Source: Candidatus Rifleibacteriota bacterium
Lineage (GTDB): Bacteria; Muiribacteriota; Ozemobacteria; Ozemobacterales; Ozemobacteraceae
DNA: 64,000 nt
NCBI GenBank assembly: GCA_017417215.1
Contig: JAFPZP010000083.1
Coordinates: forward strand, 906-64,905
Direction of reading: 5' to 3'
The position numbers and the translations under genes were made by a program. The notes beneath the pieces were generated by a model. That model was given only the letters and a program-made list of their open reading frames with translations. It did not search any database and was not told the DNA's origin. This document shows, piece after piece, positions 8,821-18,391 of the stretch (the first letter of the stretch is position 1; each line of letters starts with the position of its first letter).

Positions 8821-9534
8821 TTATTCTCTTGGACCGGTCCAATAGACATATATTCCGCAATTATCACAGGCTTCAGCATCTTCAGAGGTTTTAATAGCTC
8901 CAAGAGTTCCGGCAGGAATACCCATTCCGCATTTCGGACAGGCTGCTGATTCTATACCAAAAAGAACCTGACCTTTTTTCTTTTTGCGTAGCTCTTCATA
9001 TTTAGTCAAAACATTAGCATTAACCTTAAGACTGGCTTGATTACGTTCTGTTGTAATAAGTTCGAGCTGTTTTTTGTCGCCAATTATTTCTTCGGAAGTG
9101 CGCTGTTTGACCATTTCGAGATGTTCATGTCTGCCAGCAACCACCTTGGTGCTTTTTTCTATATCAGCAGTCAGAACTTCGATTTTTTCCATATCGGAAA
9201 GAATCTTTGTTTCCTGTTCATCTAGCTGCTTTTTTAAATTAACAGACATTTTTTCAAATGCTGCATAGTCTTTTGGAGAAACGCCAGCATTCTGCATTTT
9301 CATATCATTAACCTTAATTTTATTGTTAAGGTCTTCAGCTTCATGTTCTGCTTTGCTTTTGCGAAGTTTTATATTCTTCAAAAGAGCCTTCTTTTTTTCA
9401 AGAAGAGTGGATTCATCAGCAACATCTTTCTGCATACGCAAAAATTTTTGCTTTCTTTCTTCGATTTGCTTTTTAGCGGCATCAATTTTTAAATCTAGTT
9501 CCTGTAAAGGAATTAGCTGCTTGCATTCTAGCAC
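8821..9534 (-). CDS. coiled-coil plus C4 zinc-ribbon protein (COG1579-like)
   Basis: 237 aa with a GTG start. A long heptad-rich N-terminus (LQELDLKIDAAKKQIEE...) is followed by CPKCG...CDNCG. Confidence 0.6.
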   Translation of the reverse strand: MLECKQLIPLQELDLKIDAAKKQIEERKQKFLRMQKDVADESTLLEKKKALLKNIKLRKSKAEHEAEDLNNKIKVNDMKMQNAGVSPKDYAAFEKMSVNLKKQLDEQETKILSDMEKIEVLTADIEKSTKVVAGRHEHLEMVKQRTSEEIIGDKKQLELITTERNQASLKVNANVLTKYEELRKKKKGQVLFGIESAACPKCGMGIPAGTLGAIKTSEDAEACDNCGIYVYWTGPRE

Positions 9535-9567
9535 TAGAGAACCTCGATAAGTTAAGTATTTTAAACT

Positions 9568-9596
9568 AGGTTATCAGAAAGCAAAAGCCCTGTCAA
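9568..9596 (-). promoter_or_regulatory. possible promoter TTGACA-17-TAACCT
   Basis: The reverse complement is TTGACAgggcttttgctttctgaTAACCT, about 35 nt upstream of the GTG at 9534. The -10 is weak. Confidence 0.3.
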
Positions 9597-9691
9597 GCCC
9601 CGAACTCATGTTCCATGCTCTAATTACATTATTCACTACTACCCTTCTTTACATTTATAATTAAATTTTGAGAGTGTATTTGTGTGATCTA

Positions 9692-9973
9692 GGTGCTCTT
9701 ACAGGTCGAACCAACAGTTGTATTATTAGAGAAGTTTTTGTTACAGGTAATATTAATGTTTCTAATGTCAGTGATTATAACGAAGGGAATTATATCGGTG
9801 GATTAATTGGTTAGAATGTAGGTTCCGATGTTACTTATTGTTGCGTAGATTCTCCAGAAGGCTCTGTGAAAGGGAATAATTATGTCGGCGGGTTATTTGG
9901 ATATTCTAGGGATTGCCTAACAGGTAGCAAAAAGGCTTCGCCTTTTTGCGGTATGATTGGTGAGAGGTGGTGA
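9692..9973 (+). pseudogene. remnant of a GLUG-motif repeat (adhesin-like) gene, C-terminal fragment with an internal TAG
   Basis: The frame reads VLLQVEPTVVIIREVFVTGNINVSNVSDYNEGNYIGGLIG*NVGSDVTYCCVDSPEGSVKGNNYVGGLFGYSRDCLTGSKKASPFCGMIGERW*. It contains two G-G-L-x-G units and has no start codon. A TAG lies at 9812-9814. Confidence 0.45.
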
Positions 9974-10086
9974 TTGGTGAGAGTAACCCCATTAACTTTT
10001 AAGCCAGATTTATAAACAGAATAAGAACTCTCATTGTTGCAGAAAAAGGGAATAACTGCTAGAATACCTTTAGGAGCCTAAAGACA

Positions 10087-11253
10087 TTGAATGATTCGCA
10101 AAATAATAAAGTATCTTGTTTAGGGAAAATCTTTCTGACATTTTTATCTTTATGTTTAGTACTTTTTTTATGCCTTATAGCTCTTATTGGCTGGGGATAC
10201 TACGAGTTAAAATATACAAATGACTTAGCCGTATACGCATCAAAGAAACTATCGAGACCTAATAAATATTCGATTGAGATAGAAAGCTTCAAAGATACTT
10301 TTCCCTTAATTACAGGTAATAATGTTAGTTATAGAAAAATAAGCAATGTCTCAACTTTAACGATTAACGTAAACGAACTAACTATTTATCCTGATTATAT
10401 CAACCCTAAAAACGGAACCCAAAGTTTTATATTTTCAAATGCCTCTATGTTTCTGCAATCGAAGAAATTTCTCATGAATGCAAATCCTATAGAGTTGTCA
10501 GGCAAATATAATCAGAAACATATTTATATAGCTTCTTCAACCTGGAATGTTTTTGGTGGGAAAATCTATCTTTCTGGGCATATTGATACAAGTATCCGAC
10601 CATCACCCTATGAAATCAATGCCGACCTCATATATGTCAGACTTCAAGATATTCTTGAGGGAACAAAGAACAAAGGCTTATACACAGGTGATGTCTACGG
10701 CAAACTAAATCTACAGAGTTCTGCTGGGAAAAAATCACCCATATATGGGAAAGCCAGTTTATCTATAACCAATGGCAGCTACCATAAACCTGAGTTAATC
10801 ATAAGAATAAATTCTGCTCTTAGAAAAATCGGGTTGCACAATACGTTAAGAGACCTTCCCGAAAGGGTTGGGAGCAGTACATTTTCTCTTAATGGTGATT
10901 TTAGACTTATTGAAAATGCTTACGAGACAAAGAATACAATAATAAAAACGCCCTGGAGTCTTATAAGATTTTCTGGATTAATAGGACCAAAATCAGCATT
11001 AAATGGAACATTCATAATCAAGTATAAAAATTATTCTGATTTTACAATAAAAGTAAATGGGAAAGACTCTAAGCATATGAGTTACAAGGTTTCAGACAGT
11101 GATAAAGCAAGACTCGCCTCTATATTTATGAGAGAATTAAGTAAAGGCACAGGGAAACAGATAAAGCAAGAGGGGCATAGGACAAACAGAAGAGTAAACA
11201 ATGGGTTAGATAGCCTTGGGAGAGGCCTTAGGAAGTGGTTTAAAGGGAAGTAA
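10087..11253 (+). CDS. hypothetical membrane-anchored protein (388 aa)
   Basis: One N-terminal TM (IFLTFLSLCLVLFLCLIALIGWGYY) and a basic C-terminus. I recognise no domain. Confidence 0.55.
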   Translation: MNDSQNNKVSCLGKIFLTFLSLCLVLFLCLIALIGWGYYELKYTNDLAVYASKKLSRPNKYSIEIESFKDTFPLITGNNVSYRKISNVSTLTINVNELTIYPDYINPKNGTQSFIFSNASMFLQSKKFLMNANPIELSGKYNQKHIYIASSTWNVFGGKIYLSGHIDTSIRPSPYEINADLIYVRLQDILEGTKNKGLYTGDVYGKLNLQSSAGKKSPIYGKASLSITNGSYHKPELIIRINSALRKIGLHNTLRDLPERVGSSTFSLNGDFRLIENAYETKNTIIKTPWSLIRFSGLIGPKSALNGTFIIKYKNYSDFTIKVNGKDSKHMSYKVSDSDKARLASIFMRELSKGTGKQIKQEGHRTNRRVNNGLDSLGRGLRKWFKGK

Positions 11254-11263
11254 GACAGAACAG

Positions 11264-11432
11264 CCAAGCATAGCTTGGCGTGATGAGTGGTTGGTGGTGG
11301 GTGGTGAGTGAGCGTACAGTAGACGCGAGACCTCTATTCTCCGCACAAGGCTCGTTCCCTCAAAGTCTATCCGAAGGTACAAATTCTCAGAGACCGCGGA
11401 GGAGAATAAGGTTGAGCAAGCAGACTGTCCAC
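11264..11432 (+). repeat. composite 3'-end element, copy 1 (CCAAGC..GCTTGG palindrome + GGT-rich tract + 121-nt family B hairpin element)
   Basis: It starts ccaagcatagcttggcgtgatgagtggttggtggtgggtggtgagtg. The B element follows, bounded by gcgtacag...ctgtccac, then TTTTAAAG. It begins 10 nt after the stop of the upstream + strand gene. Confidence 0.9.
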
Positions 11433-11442
11433 TTTTAAAGAA

Positions 11443-11477
11443 GTTGAGAAATGAGAATTGAGAGATGAGAGAATTAG
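11443..11477 (+). repeat. 7-mer tract (NNTGAGA) x5
   Basis: The units read gttgaga aatgaga attgaga gatgaga gaattag, directly after B copy 1. Confidence 0.7.
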
Positions 11478-11481
11478 AATC

Positions 11482-11510
11482 TTGACGAAGAATGCGTTAG
11501 ATGATAGAAT
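11482..11510 (+). promoter_or_regulatory. sigma-70-type promoter upstream of der (TTGACG-17-TAGAAT)
   Basis: The sequence is TTGACGaagaatgcgttagatgaTAGAAT, about 75 nt upstream of the der start. Confidence 0.45.
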
Positions 11511-11584
11511 AATGCGATTTTTTAGGTCAGCAGAATAAGCAAATAAAAGATTATAAAACTGCATTGACCATTAAGGAGTAAGTG

Positions 11585-12931
11585 ATGGATTCACTCCCAG
11601 TAATAGCAATAGTAGGAAGACCTAATGTAGGTAAGTCTTCTTTAATGAATAGAATAGTTGGCTACCGTCATGCGATAGTAGACCCAACTCCTGGAGTAAC
11701 ACGCGACAGAAACTATGCTGAAGCTACATGGAACAGACGTAAATTCAATGTAGTAGATACAGGCGGTCTTGAACCTGATAATACAAAATCTCTGATGACA
11801 TCTATCAAGAGTCAGGTTAACTTCGCACTTCAAGAAGCTAACGCAATAATATTCGTCTGTGATGGTCAGGCTGGCCTTGTTCCAGATGACAAACAGATCT
11901 ACAATTTCTTGAGAAAACGCTGGTCTGGCAGACCATTATTCGTTTGCGTTAACAAGCTTGATAACACTCAGGAATCAGAAGATATACAGCTTTCTGAATT
12001 CTTTGAATTTGGTGCAAAAAACCTATACCCGATTTCTGCTATTCATGGTCACGGCGTTGCAGATATGCTTGACGACCTGGTTGAAATTCTTCCTGTAAAT
12101 GCAGACCCGAAGAACGAACAAAAAGAAGAAAAAGATGGCAATGCCCTGGAACGCATTGCCATAGTAGGCAAGCCCAACGTTGGCAAGTCTGCATTATTCA
12201 ATGCTCTTATCGGGCAAGACCGTTCAATAGTAGATAACGTCGAAGGAACCACCAGAGACACAATTCTTTATCATCTAGATAGAAACGGCAAACGTTATTC
12301 ATTTATAGATACTGCTGGTCTTCGCCGACCAGATGCCAACAAGGACGATGTAGAAACCTATTCTGCCTACAGAACACTTGGAACAATAAAAAGAACAGAC
12401 CTTGCCATATTAGTTTTAGACGCTTCTAGAGAAGGTATTACTCATCAAGATAAACGTATTGCAGGAAAAATAATCGAAAGCGGCGCTGGCTGCATAATAG
12501 TCTGGAACAAATGGGATATTGCCAACCCAGACGAACACCGTTGGGATGAATTAAAGAAACAAACAAGAGAAGAATTTCCTTTGTTAGAATTTGCTCCTAT
12601 GGTTGCAATATCTGCAAAAACAGGCTTACGACTGAATAAACTCTTCGACACAATTGACCATGTTCAAGAAGTTGGTCACAGACATATATCTGATGAAATA
12701 CTCAAATCAATTCTCTATGATGCAGTAACGATTCAACCGCCTCCAGCCTATAAAGGCAGAGAATTGAAAATCAAGAGTATTGAACAGTATGACGGACCTC
12801 CGATTATATTTAAAGTCAGATGTAGCGAACCCAAAGGGCTTCACTTCTCTTATCAGCGTTATCTGCTGAATCATATCAGACAAGAAGAAACCTTTGAAGG
12901 CTGGCCAGTCAAGATAGTTGCTTCCCATTAA
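11585..12931 (+). CDS. der: ribosome-associated GTPase Der/EngA (tandem G domains + KH-like domain)
   Basis: Two P-loops (GRPNVGKSS and GKPNVGKSA) and two DTGG/DTAG motifs are present. AAGGAG lies 6 nt before the ATG at 11585; the track's GTG at 11582 is an alternative start. Confidence 0.95.
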   Translation: MDSLPVIAIVGRPNVGKSSLMNRIVGYRHAIVDPTPGVTRDRNYAEATWNRRKFNVVDTGGLEPDNTKSLMTSIKSQVNFALQEANAIIFVCDGQAGLVPDDKQIYNFLRKRWSGRPLFVCVNKLDNTQESEDIQLSEFFEFGAKNLYPISAIHGHGVADMLDDLVEILPVNADPKNEQKEEKDGNALERIAIVGKPNVGKSALFNALIGQDRSIVDNVEGTTRDTILYHLDRNGKRYSFIDTAGLRRPDANKDDVETYSAYRTLGTIKRTDLAILVLDASREGITHQDKRIAGKIIESGAGCIIVWNKWDIANPDEHRWDELKKQTREEFPLLEFAPMVAISAKTGLRLNKLFDTIDHVQEVGHRHISDEILKSILYDAVTIQPPPAYKGRELKIKSIEQYDGPPIIFKVRCSEPKGLHFSYQRYLLNHIRQEETFEGWPVKIVASH

Positions 12932-13574
12932 TATTATGGATTGGTTATACGCTTCTCTAATAGGTTACTTTTTCGGTTCTATTCCCACAGCCTGGCTGCT
13001 TTGCAAAATATTTTACGGAATAAACATATTTGAGCACGGCAGCAAGAATATGGGTTCTACTAATGTTTATAGAACTGTAGGCGGAAAAGCTTTTGCTGCC
13101 AATTTGGCCATAGACGTATTAAAGGGCATGGTGCCCGTATTGCTTTCTGCCCATCTTTGGCCCACACATCCACAGGTTATCTTTGCCGCAGCAGCCTTTG
13201 CAATGATTGGGCACACCCTTTCGTTCTGGGTTAAGTTTAAAGGTGGGAAAGGCGTGGCTACAGGTTTAGGAGTATTCATAGCCCTATCTGGTCACCACGC
13301 TTTATATGCATTAGCTGTTTTCTTAGTTGTATTATTGATTACAAGAATGGTATCAGTCAGTTCTATGATTGCGGCCACTTCCCTACCCTTCTTCTTGTGG
13401 TATGGAAAAGTTTTAGGCGAATATACAATTTATATAACAGTCTTCGCAGCCTTAGTTGCAATATTTGTTATTGTTAAGCACAAAACGAATATTCAGCGTA
13501 TTTTAAAAGGCACAGAATCGAAACTGCCGCTCTTTGCGCCGAAGAAAGAAGAAGAAAGCGGAGAGCAGAAGTAA
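12918..13574 (+). CDS. plsY: glycerol-3-phosphate acyltransferase PlsY
   Basis: It has GYFFGSIPTAWLL and HGSKNMGSTNVYR and is multi-pass hydrophobic. The alternative start at 12936 (MDWLY) would avoid the overlap with der. Confidence 0.9.
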   Translation: MLPINIMDWLYASLIGYFFGSIPTAWLLCKIFYGINIFEHGSKNMGSTNVYRTVGGKAFAANLAIDVLKGMVPVLLSAHLWPTHPQVIFAAAAFAMIGHTLSFWVKFKGGKGVATGLGVFIALSGHHALYALAVFLVVLLITRMVSVSSMIAATSLPFFLWYGKVLGEYTIYITVFAALVAIFVIVKHKTNIQRILKGTESKLPLFAPKKEEESGEQK

Positions 13575-13728
13575 ACGTTAGTCTGTGGGTTAACCGGCAT
13601 TGTTGAGTAATCTGTTTTTTAGGGCAAAGGGTAAAGGGAAGAGGGAGAAGAGGATTGTTTTAGCTAGAGATAGTTATTAATATTATTGGCTTTTCTGTGC
13701 TAAATAATGATTTTACGACTAACCTTTT

Positions 13729-13808
13729 AGAGAGCAGAGAGCAAAAGAGCGATAGAGCAATAGTGCAGCAGAGCGGAGAGATTAGAGTTGAGAGTTGAGA
13801 GTTGAGAC
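13729..13808 (+). repeat. purine-rich low-complexity tract (AGAGCNNN units, then TTGAGAG 7-mers)
   Basis: The sequence is agagagcagagagcaaaagagcgatagagcaatagtgcagcagagcggagag followed by attagagttgagagttgagagttgagac. A similar AGAGC tract lies at 18392-18428. Confidence 0.8.
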
Positions 13809-13947
13809 AGTCTTCGGACTCTTAAATGCTTCTCTTAATAGAGAAGCGTTGTTATCGTTTTGTGTTTTTGTTGTTTTTATTGTTTAATAGAAAGCTAGTA
13901 TACTAACGAATATCTGAAATAATCGTTATTTTGCTAACCTACTAATA

Positions 13948-13977
13948 ACAATAACTACCACAACTACCAACTACAAT
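13948..13977. repeat. left arm of the 30-nt inverted repeat bracketing the autotransporter gene
   Basis: acaataactaccacaactaccaactacaat matches the reverse complement of 18307-18336 at 28 of 30 positions (my count). Confidence 0.85.
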
Positions 13978-13988
13978 GATTACTTTGT

Positions 13989-16900
13989 CTAGAAGTGATA
14001 CTCAACCGCAACCGAACCTCCGAACCCCTGTCGTTTACCTGTAAAGCCGAAGAGAGAGATGTCGGTCTTCCAGGGGTTGGTCTTTGTGGCTTCACGGCAA
14101 TAGCCGAATTCTCCGCGAAGAGTGCCGCCCTTTACGCTAGCCGAACGTATTGGAGTTCCATTGACCGTTCCTCTGGATTCTCCGCCGAATTCGTGGTCGA
14201 AAGCTAAGCCCCCGTAGCAGTTCCACTTCCTTTGTGTAGTGCTGTATCTAAAACCAGCACGCAACACTCTGCTTCTGACTTCGTCTAATAAATACTGGTC
14301 TGCGCCGGCAGCGAAGTTTATGCCCTCACGTTCGTTGTAGAAGTATTTGCCGTATATATCAAGCTTTGTGTTATCCTCTTCTTTGTAAGTTTTCCCAAAG
14401 CCGATGTGACCGCCACGGTATTTTGTACTGGTGTCATATCCGTAGGCATTTCCTGCACCGTCGTGAAGTAGACTTGAGGCTTTGTCTTTTAAGCTGCCCA
14501 TTCTGAAACTTGCTTCGGTATAAACATCATGGCTGTTGGTCCATTTCAGTAAGAAACCACCGCCTGTGTAGTGAGTATTACCGCTGCCGGCATCTTCAAT
14601 ACCATTCATGTGAAGAGTATAGTTGCCTCTGCCGTATTCGCCGAACAGACCGTATTCAAGGGTGCCATCACTCTTTTCGAGGTTTTTGCCTACTGCCACA
14701 GCAATATTCCAACTGTTAGTATCGACGTGGCTGCCTGTTTCATAGCGTGATGAACCACCGCCCACGGATGCTGCGGTTGAAACTCCGTCAGAACCCTTGT
14801 TAGATGCCATTCCCAAGCTTTCCATTACTGTGCCTATGTGGTCATTACCAGCGGCAAGTGCTGCTATACCAGCTTCCATGGACATAACAGTGGTATGGGT
14901 TTCTTCAGACAGGCCGGCACTGGTCTTGGTCTTGAAAACAAGGTCGCTTCCATCCAGATAAGCAGAACCTTCGCCTTCATAAGCTGTACCAACTTTATAT
15001 TTACTGCCTGTAATGGTACCAACGCTGTCACCAAAATCAGACACTAAAGTCATCTGCATATTTGCTTTCATATCATCTTTGTTGGTAAAAGCAATTTTGG
15101 TTGTGTCTACATCGGCACCATCGAATGAAACATTGCTCAACATTGTTTTGTGGTCTATCAAAGCGCCTTTGTCCAGCCATTCCACATTACCGAAAGTCAG
15201 CTTGTTGGCTTTGTTTGAAACAGTCTTCAATGTGATATTCCCGCTCTTAGCTTCAAGACTGTTTCTGATTACCGCATCCATAGTCACACCGGAAAGAGGT
15301 TCATACTGGTAAGTTACTGATTTTTCCAATGCTGCCATATCGGCGAGGGTTTCGTTGGCTTTCAGAAGAGTCATAGACTGATTGACCGTAATTGTTTCAG
15401 GCTTTTCATAAGTAATATTGAAGTCTTCTGTATCTAATGTGGTAAGCTTAGAATAATTGTATTTATCACGGCTAAGAAGTTCAGCTCCATCTTCCCAAGC
15501 AACAGAAGCAAGTTTAAAGGAAGTAACGTCATTGAATACGGCGTGATAGGTAAGTGTTTTTCCATCATCAGAGGCTTTCACACCACCGGTATGTATGCCA
15601 AAAAGGGTTACACCCTTTCCGCTATCTTCTTTAAAGTTATCATTCTTATATCTTATAGCTTCATCAATCTTTTCGTCTTTGAAAACATTGGTGGAGGCTG
15701 TCAGAATATTTATTGATTCTCCAGCAGATAATTCTGGATCTGCGAAAACTCCAGAAACATCAATTCCATCGGCATTTAAACTCCAACCGCTAGGAAACTC
15801 TGATGAACTTTTGCCGTCCCAGTCTGAAAGGTCAACGCTGTTCAGCGTAATTCCAGTAAAGTAGATTTGTAAAGCTTTATCAACCTTTTTTATATTACCT
15901 GAACTTGTTCCCTCAAAAGTAATACCTTTATCCTTTTCTGATACAGGAACGGTCTTTACAGAGATGCCATTGGGGTTATCTGAAAAAGCGACAGTCTGTT
16001 CATTACCTGTTTCGTCTAGTTTGTATCTTAGATTTATGAGAGATTCTGTTTCATTTTCCCAAGTGATAATATTCATTTTATCATTTGAGCTAAATGTTGT
16101 TTTTTCACTATTATTTTCATAAAACTTCAAATCTGTGACATCCACTGTACCGATGTTTTCAAGAGAAGCAGCCTTAATAGCAGGTAAATCATTATTCCAG
16201 GCTATGCTGTGCAGTGCGATGGTTTCAAAGTTAGCGATTTTTTTAACAGAGTTATCAACTGTGCCTTCACTGTTTTTACCCTGCCAAATGGTTGTTTCAT
16301 CGCTTTTGTATATAATATTTCCATCGGAATCGCGTTTAATCTTGTCTTCATCATCGTAATCTACGCCTTTGCCGATATGAAGTTCATTACCTGAGTGAGT
16401 TCCAGAGCCATTTTTAAAATAATAACCGTAGATTTCTGCATTGTTCAGCCCAGTTACTGTACCGCCAAGGTTTACGACATTGTCTGAAATTGTTGAATTA
16501 TTTGGTTCATAAACAAAACCTGCATAAATTTTACTTTCGGAGCCAAAAGTTCCTCCGCTGATGTTGACATAATTGTTGGCTGCATTACCCAAAACAGCTT
16601 CCCCGCCTACAACATCTTTAACAATTCCACCACTGATGTTTGCAGAGTTATTGCTGGCAGCATTCCCTGAATTAGAATACCCGCCAAAAACGGTAATATT
16701 TACAGTACCACCGCTCAGGTTTGCAGAGTTGCCGATAGCATCAGCAGTAAGAGAATACCCGCCAAAGACGTAAGTATCCACAGTTCCATTGCTCATGTTA
16801 ACAGAGTTACCTGTTACATTATGATTATCAGAATACCCGCCTAAAACATAACCAGTAATTAATGTTGAATCTCCGTCAATGCAAACAGAGTTGCTGGCAA

Positions 16901-18220
16901 CATTTCCTGAAACCGATGACCCACCATAAACATAATTTTTTACTGTTCCTCCGCTGATGTTGACAGAATTGCAGAGAGTATCACCAGAATTAGAATTTCC
17001 GCCATAAACTTTTTGTTCTATGGTTCCGCCATTGATGATGACAGAGTTGTTTGTATTTTCACCAGCATTAGAAGATCCCCCACAAACATTATAATCCACA
17101 GTTCCGCCGCTTATGATGACGGAGTTGCTCGCTGCTTTACCAGATTGAGAAAGCCCGCCAAAAACATAACCAGTAATCGATGTTGTATCTCCGCTGATGC
17201 TGACAGAGTTACCGATAGAATCGCCAGATTCTGAACTAATGTATCCACCATAAACCAGTTGCTCTACCGTTCCGCCACTGATGTCGACAGAATTGCCAAT
17301 GGTATTACCGGAATAAGAATAACCACCCAAAACTTTTTTAGACTTCCGCCACTGACGTTGACAGAGTTGCTAGCGGCATCACTTGAATAAGAATACCCAC
17401 CAGTAGCACTTTTTATATTTCCGCCGCTGATGATGGCAGAGTTGCTTTCAGCATTACCAGAATAAGACTTCCCACCATAAGCTTCTTCACTAATTAATGT
17501 TGTATCTCCACTTATAATGGTAGAGTTATTAACAGCGTTACTCTCTTGAGAATAGCCACCATAAACATTTGCCATACTTCCGCCACTTATATTGACTGAG
17601 TTGCTAGCAGATTTAACCTCATAAGAATAGCCACCAATAACATTTGTCATACTTCCGCCGCTGATGTTGACAGAGTTGTTGGTAGCTTCACCAGATTTAG
17701 AATAAGCACCATAAACATCTTGTTCTATATTTCCGCCGAGGATATTAACAGAATTGCTAGCTGAAATACCAGAAATAGAAAACCCGCCACTAACTGTAGC
17801 ATTTATAGTTCCATCACTGATGTTGACTGAGTTACTGGAGGCAGTTCCCGAATTAGTATACCCGCCATAAACAGAATTATTCACTGTTCCGCCATTCACA
17901 ATATCAACACTAGCTTCTTCAACATCCTCAGAATCATTTCCTTTATGACCGTATACATTGCCAGTTACGTTTGAATTATCAATAATTACATTATATGGAG
18001 AATGACCTGTATAATTGCCAGAAGTATCTAAATCGCCACCATCAATTACAGCCAATGCACTGCCAGCGGTAGTATAAACCGCTGCTGCAACGCCCACCGC
18101 TATAGCAGCCCTACGTATGGAGCGGCGGCTGCCGCCTCTGCTGTAACTTTTTGCCAATTCACTGGCTACAACATAACAATGCTTTGCGTTATTCCAAATG
18201 ACTTTGAATATTTTGTTCAT
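13989..18220 (-). pseudogene. type Va autotransporter adhesin (ESPR signal, about 20 degenerate ~26-aa repeats, C-terminal beta-barrel), split by a frameshift at an A6 tract (17334-17339)
   Basis: The N-terminus MNKIFKVIWNNAKHCYVVASELAKS is the extended signal peptide of type V secretion. The passenger is built from NSVNISGG-x5-VYGGYS-x-SG-x-A units. The C-terminus has alternating beta strands ending in VAVEYHF. ORFs 17264..18220 and 13989..17330 overlap in different frames. One extra A would give ...SGGSLKKVLGGYSYSGNTIGNS..., which fits the repeat pattern. Confidence 0.88.
16535..17920 (-). repeat. intragenic tandem repeats (about 75-84 nt units) encoding the adhesin passenger
   Basis: NSV-N/D-ISGG ... 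YGGYS recurs at regular spacing through both ORF halves. The borders are approximate. Confidence 0.7.
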
Positions 18221-18306
18221 GATTCTGCCCTCTCAATTCAGCGAAAGTTTGTGAAATTATTCGCTAATATTATACCACTGCGTGGGTTTGTCGCATAATT
18301 GTTTTT

Positions 18307-18336
18307 ATTGTAGTTGGTAGTTATTGTAGTTATTGT
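18307..18336. repeat. right arm of the 30-nt inverted repeat bracketing the autotransporter gene
   Basis: The sequence is attgtagttggtagttattgtagttattgt. See 13948-13977. Confidence 0.85.
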
Positions 18337-18391
18337 CTCCGGCAACGTTCGTCAATAGTCGGTTGTCTTTTATCCTTTTATGTCTTTTTAT

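Noticed and set aside
433-9814. Stop-codon reassignment as an explanation for the in-frame TAA in rpoD (433-435) and the TAG in the GLUG fragment (9812-9814)
   Set aside because: TAA, TAG and TGA each terminate well-supported genes here. TAA ends lepA, trpS and der. TAG ends the autotransporter at 13989. TGA ends dnaG, gpsA and hfq. No other conserved gene in the window needs readthrough.
11367-11564. Short ORFs spanning repeat elements: 11367..11564 (-), 29056..29253 (+), 24590..24793 (-), 24105..24434 (-), 18378..18608 (-), 63391..63726 (-)
   Set aside because: Each is composed largely of family A, B, D or GGT-tract repeat sequence. They lack an RBS and sit in different frames or strands relative to the same repeat in different copies.
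13995-17234. Many 60-100 aa + strand ORFs inside the adhesin locus
   Set aside because: They are antisense to a long repeat-rich coding frame with clear autotransporter features. These are shadow ORFs.
13948-18336. The inverted repeat as a simple promoter-inversion (fimS-like) switch
   Set aside because: The repeats enclose the entire 4.2-kb gene together with its best candidate promoter, so inversion alone would not uncouple the promoter from the gene. I kept it only as a cassette or rearrangement hypothesis.
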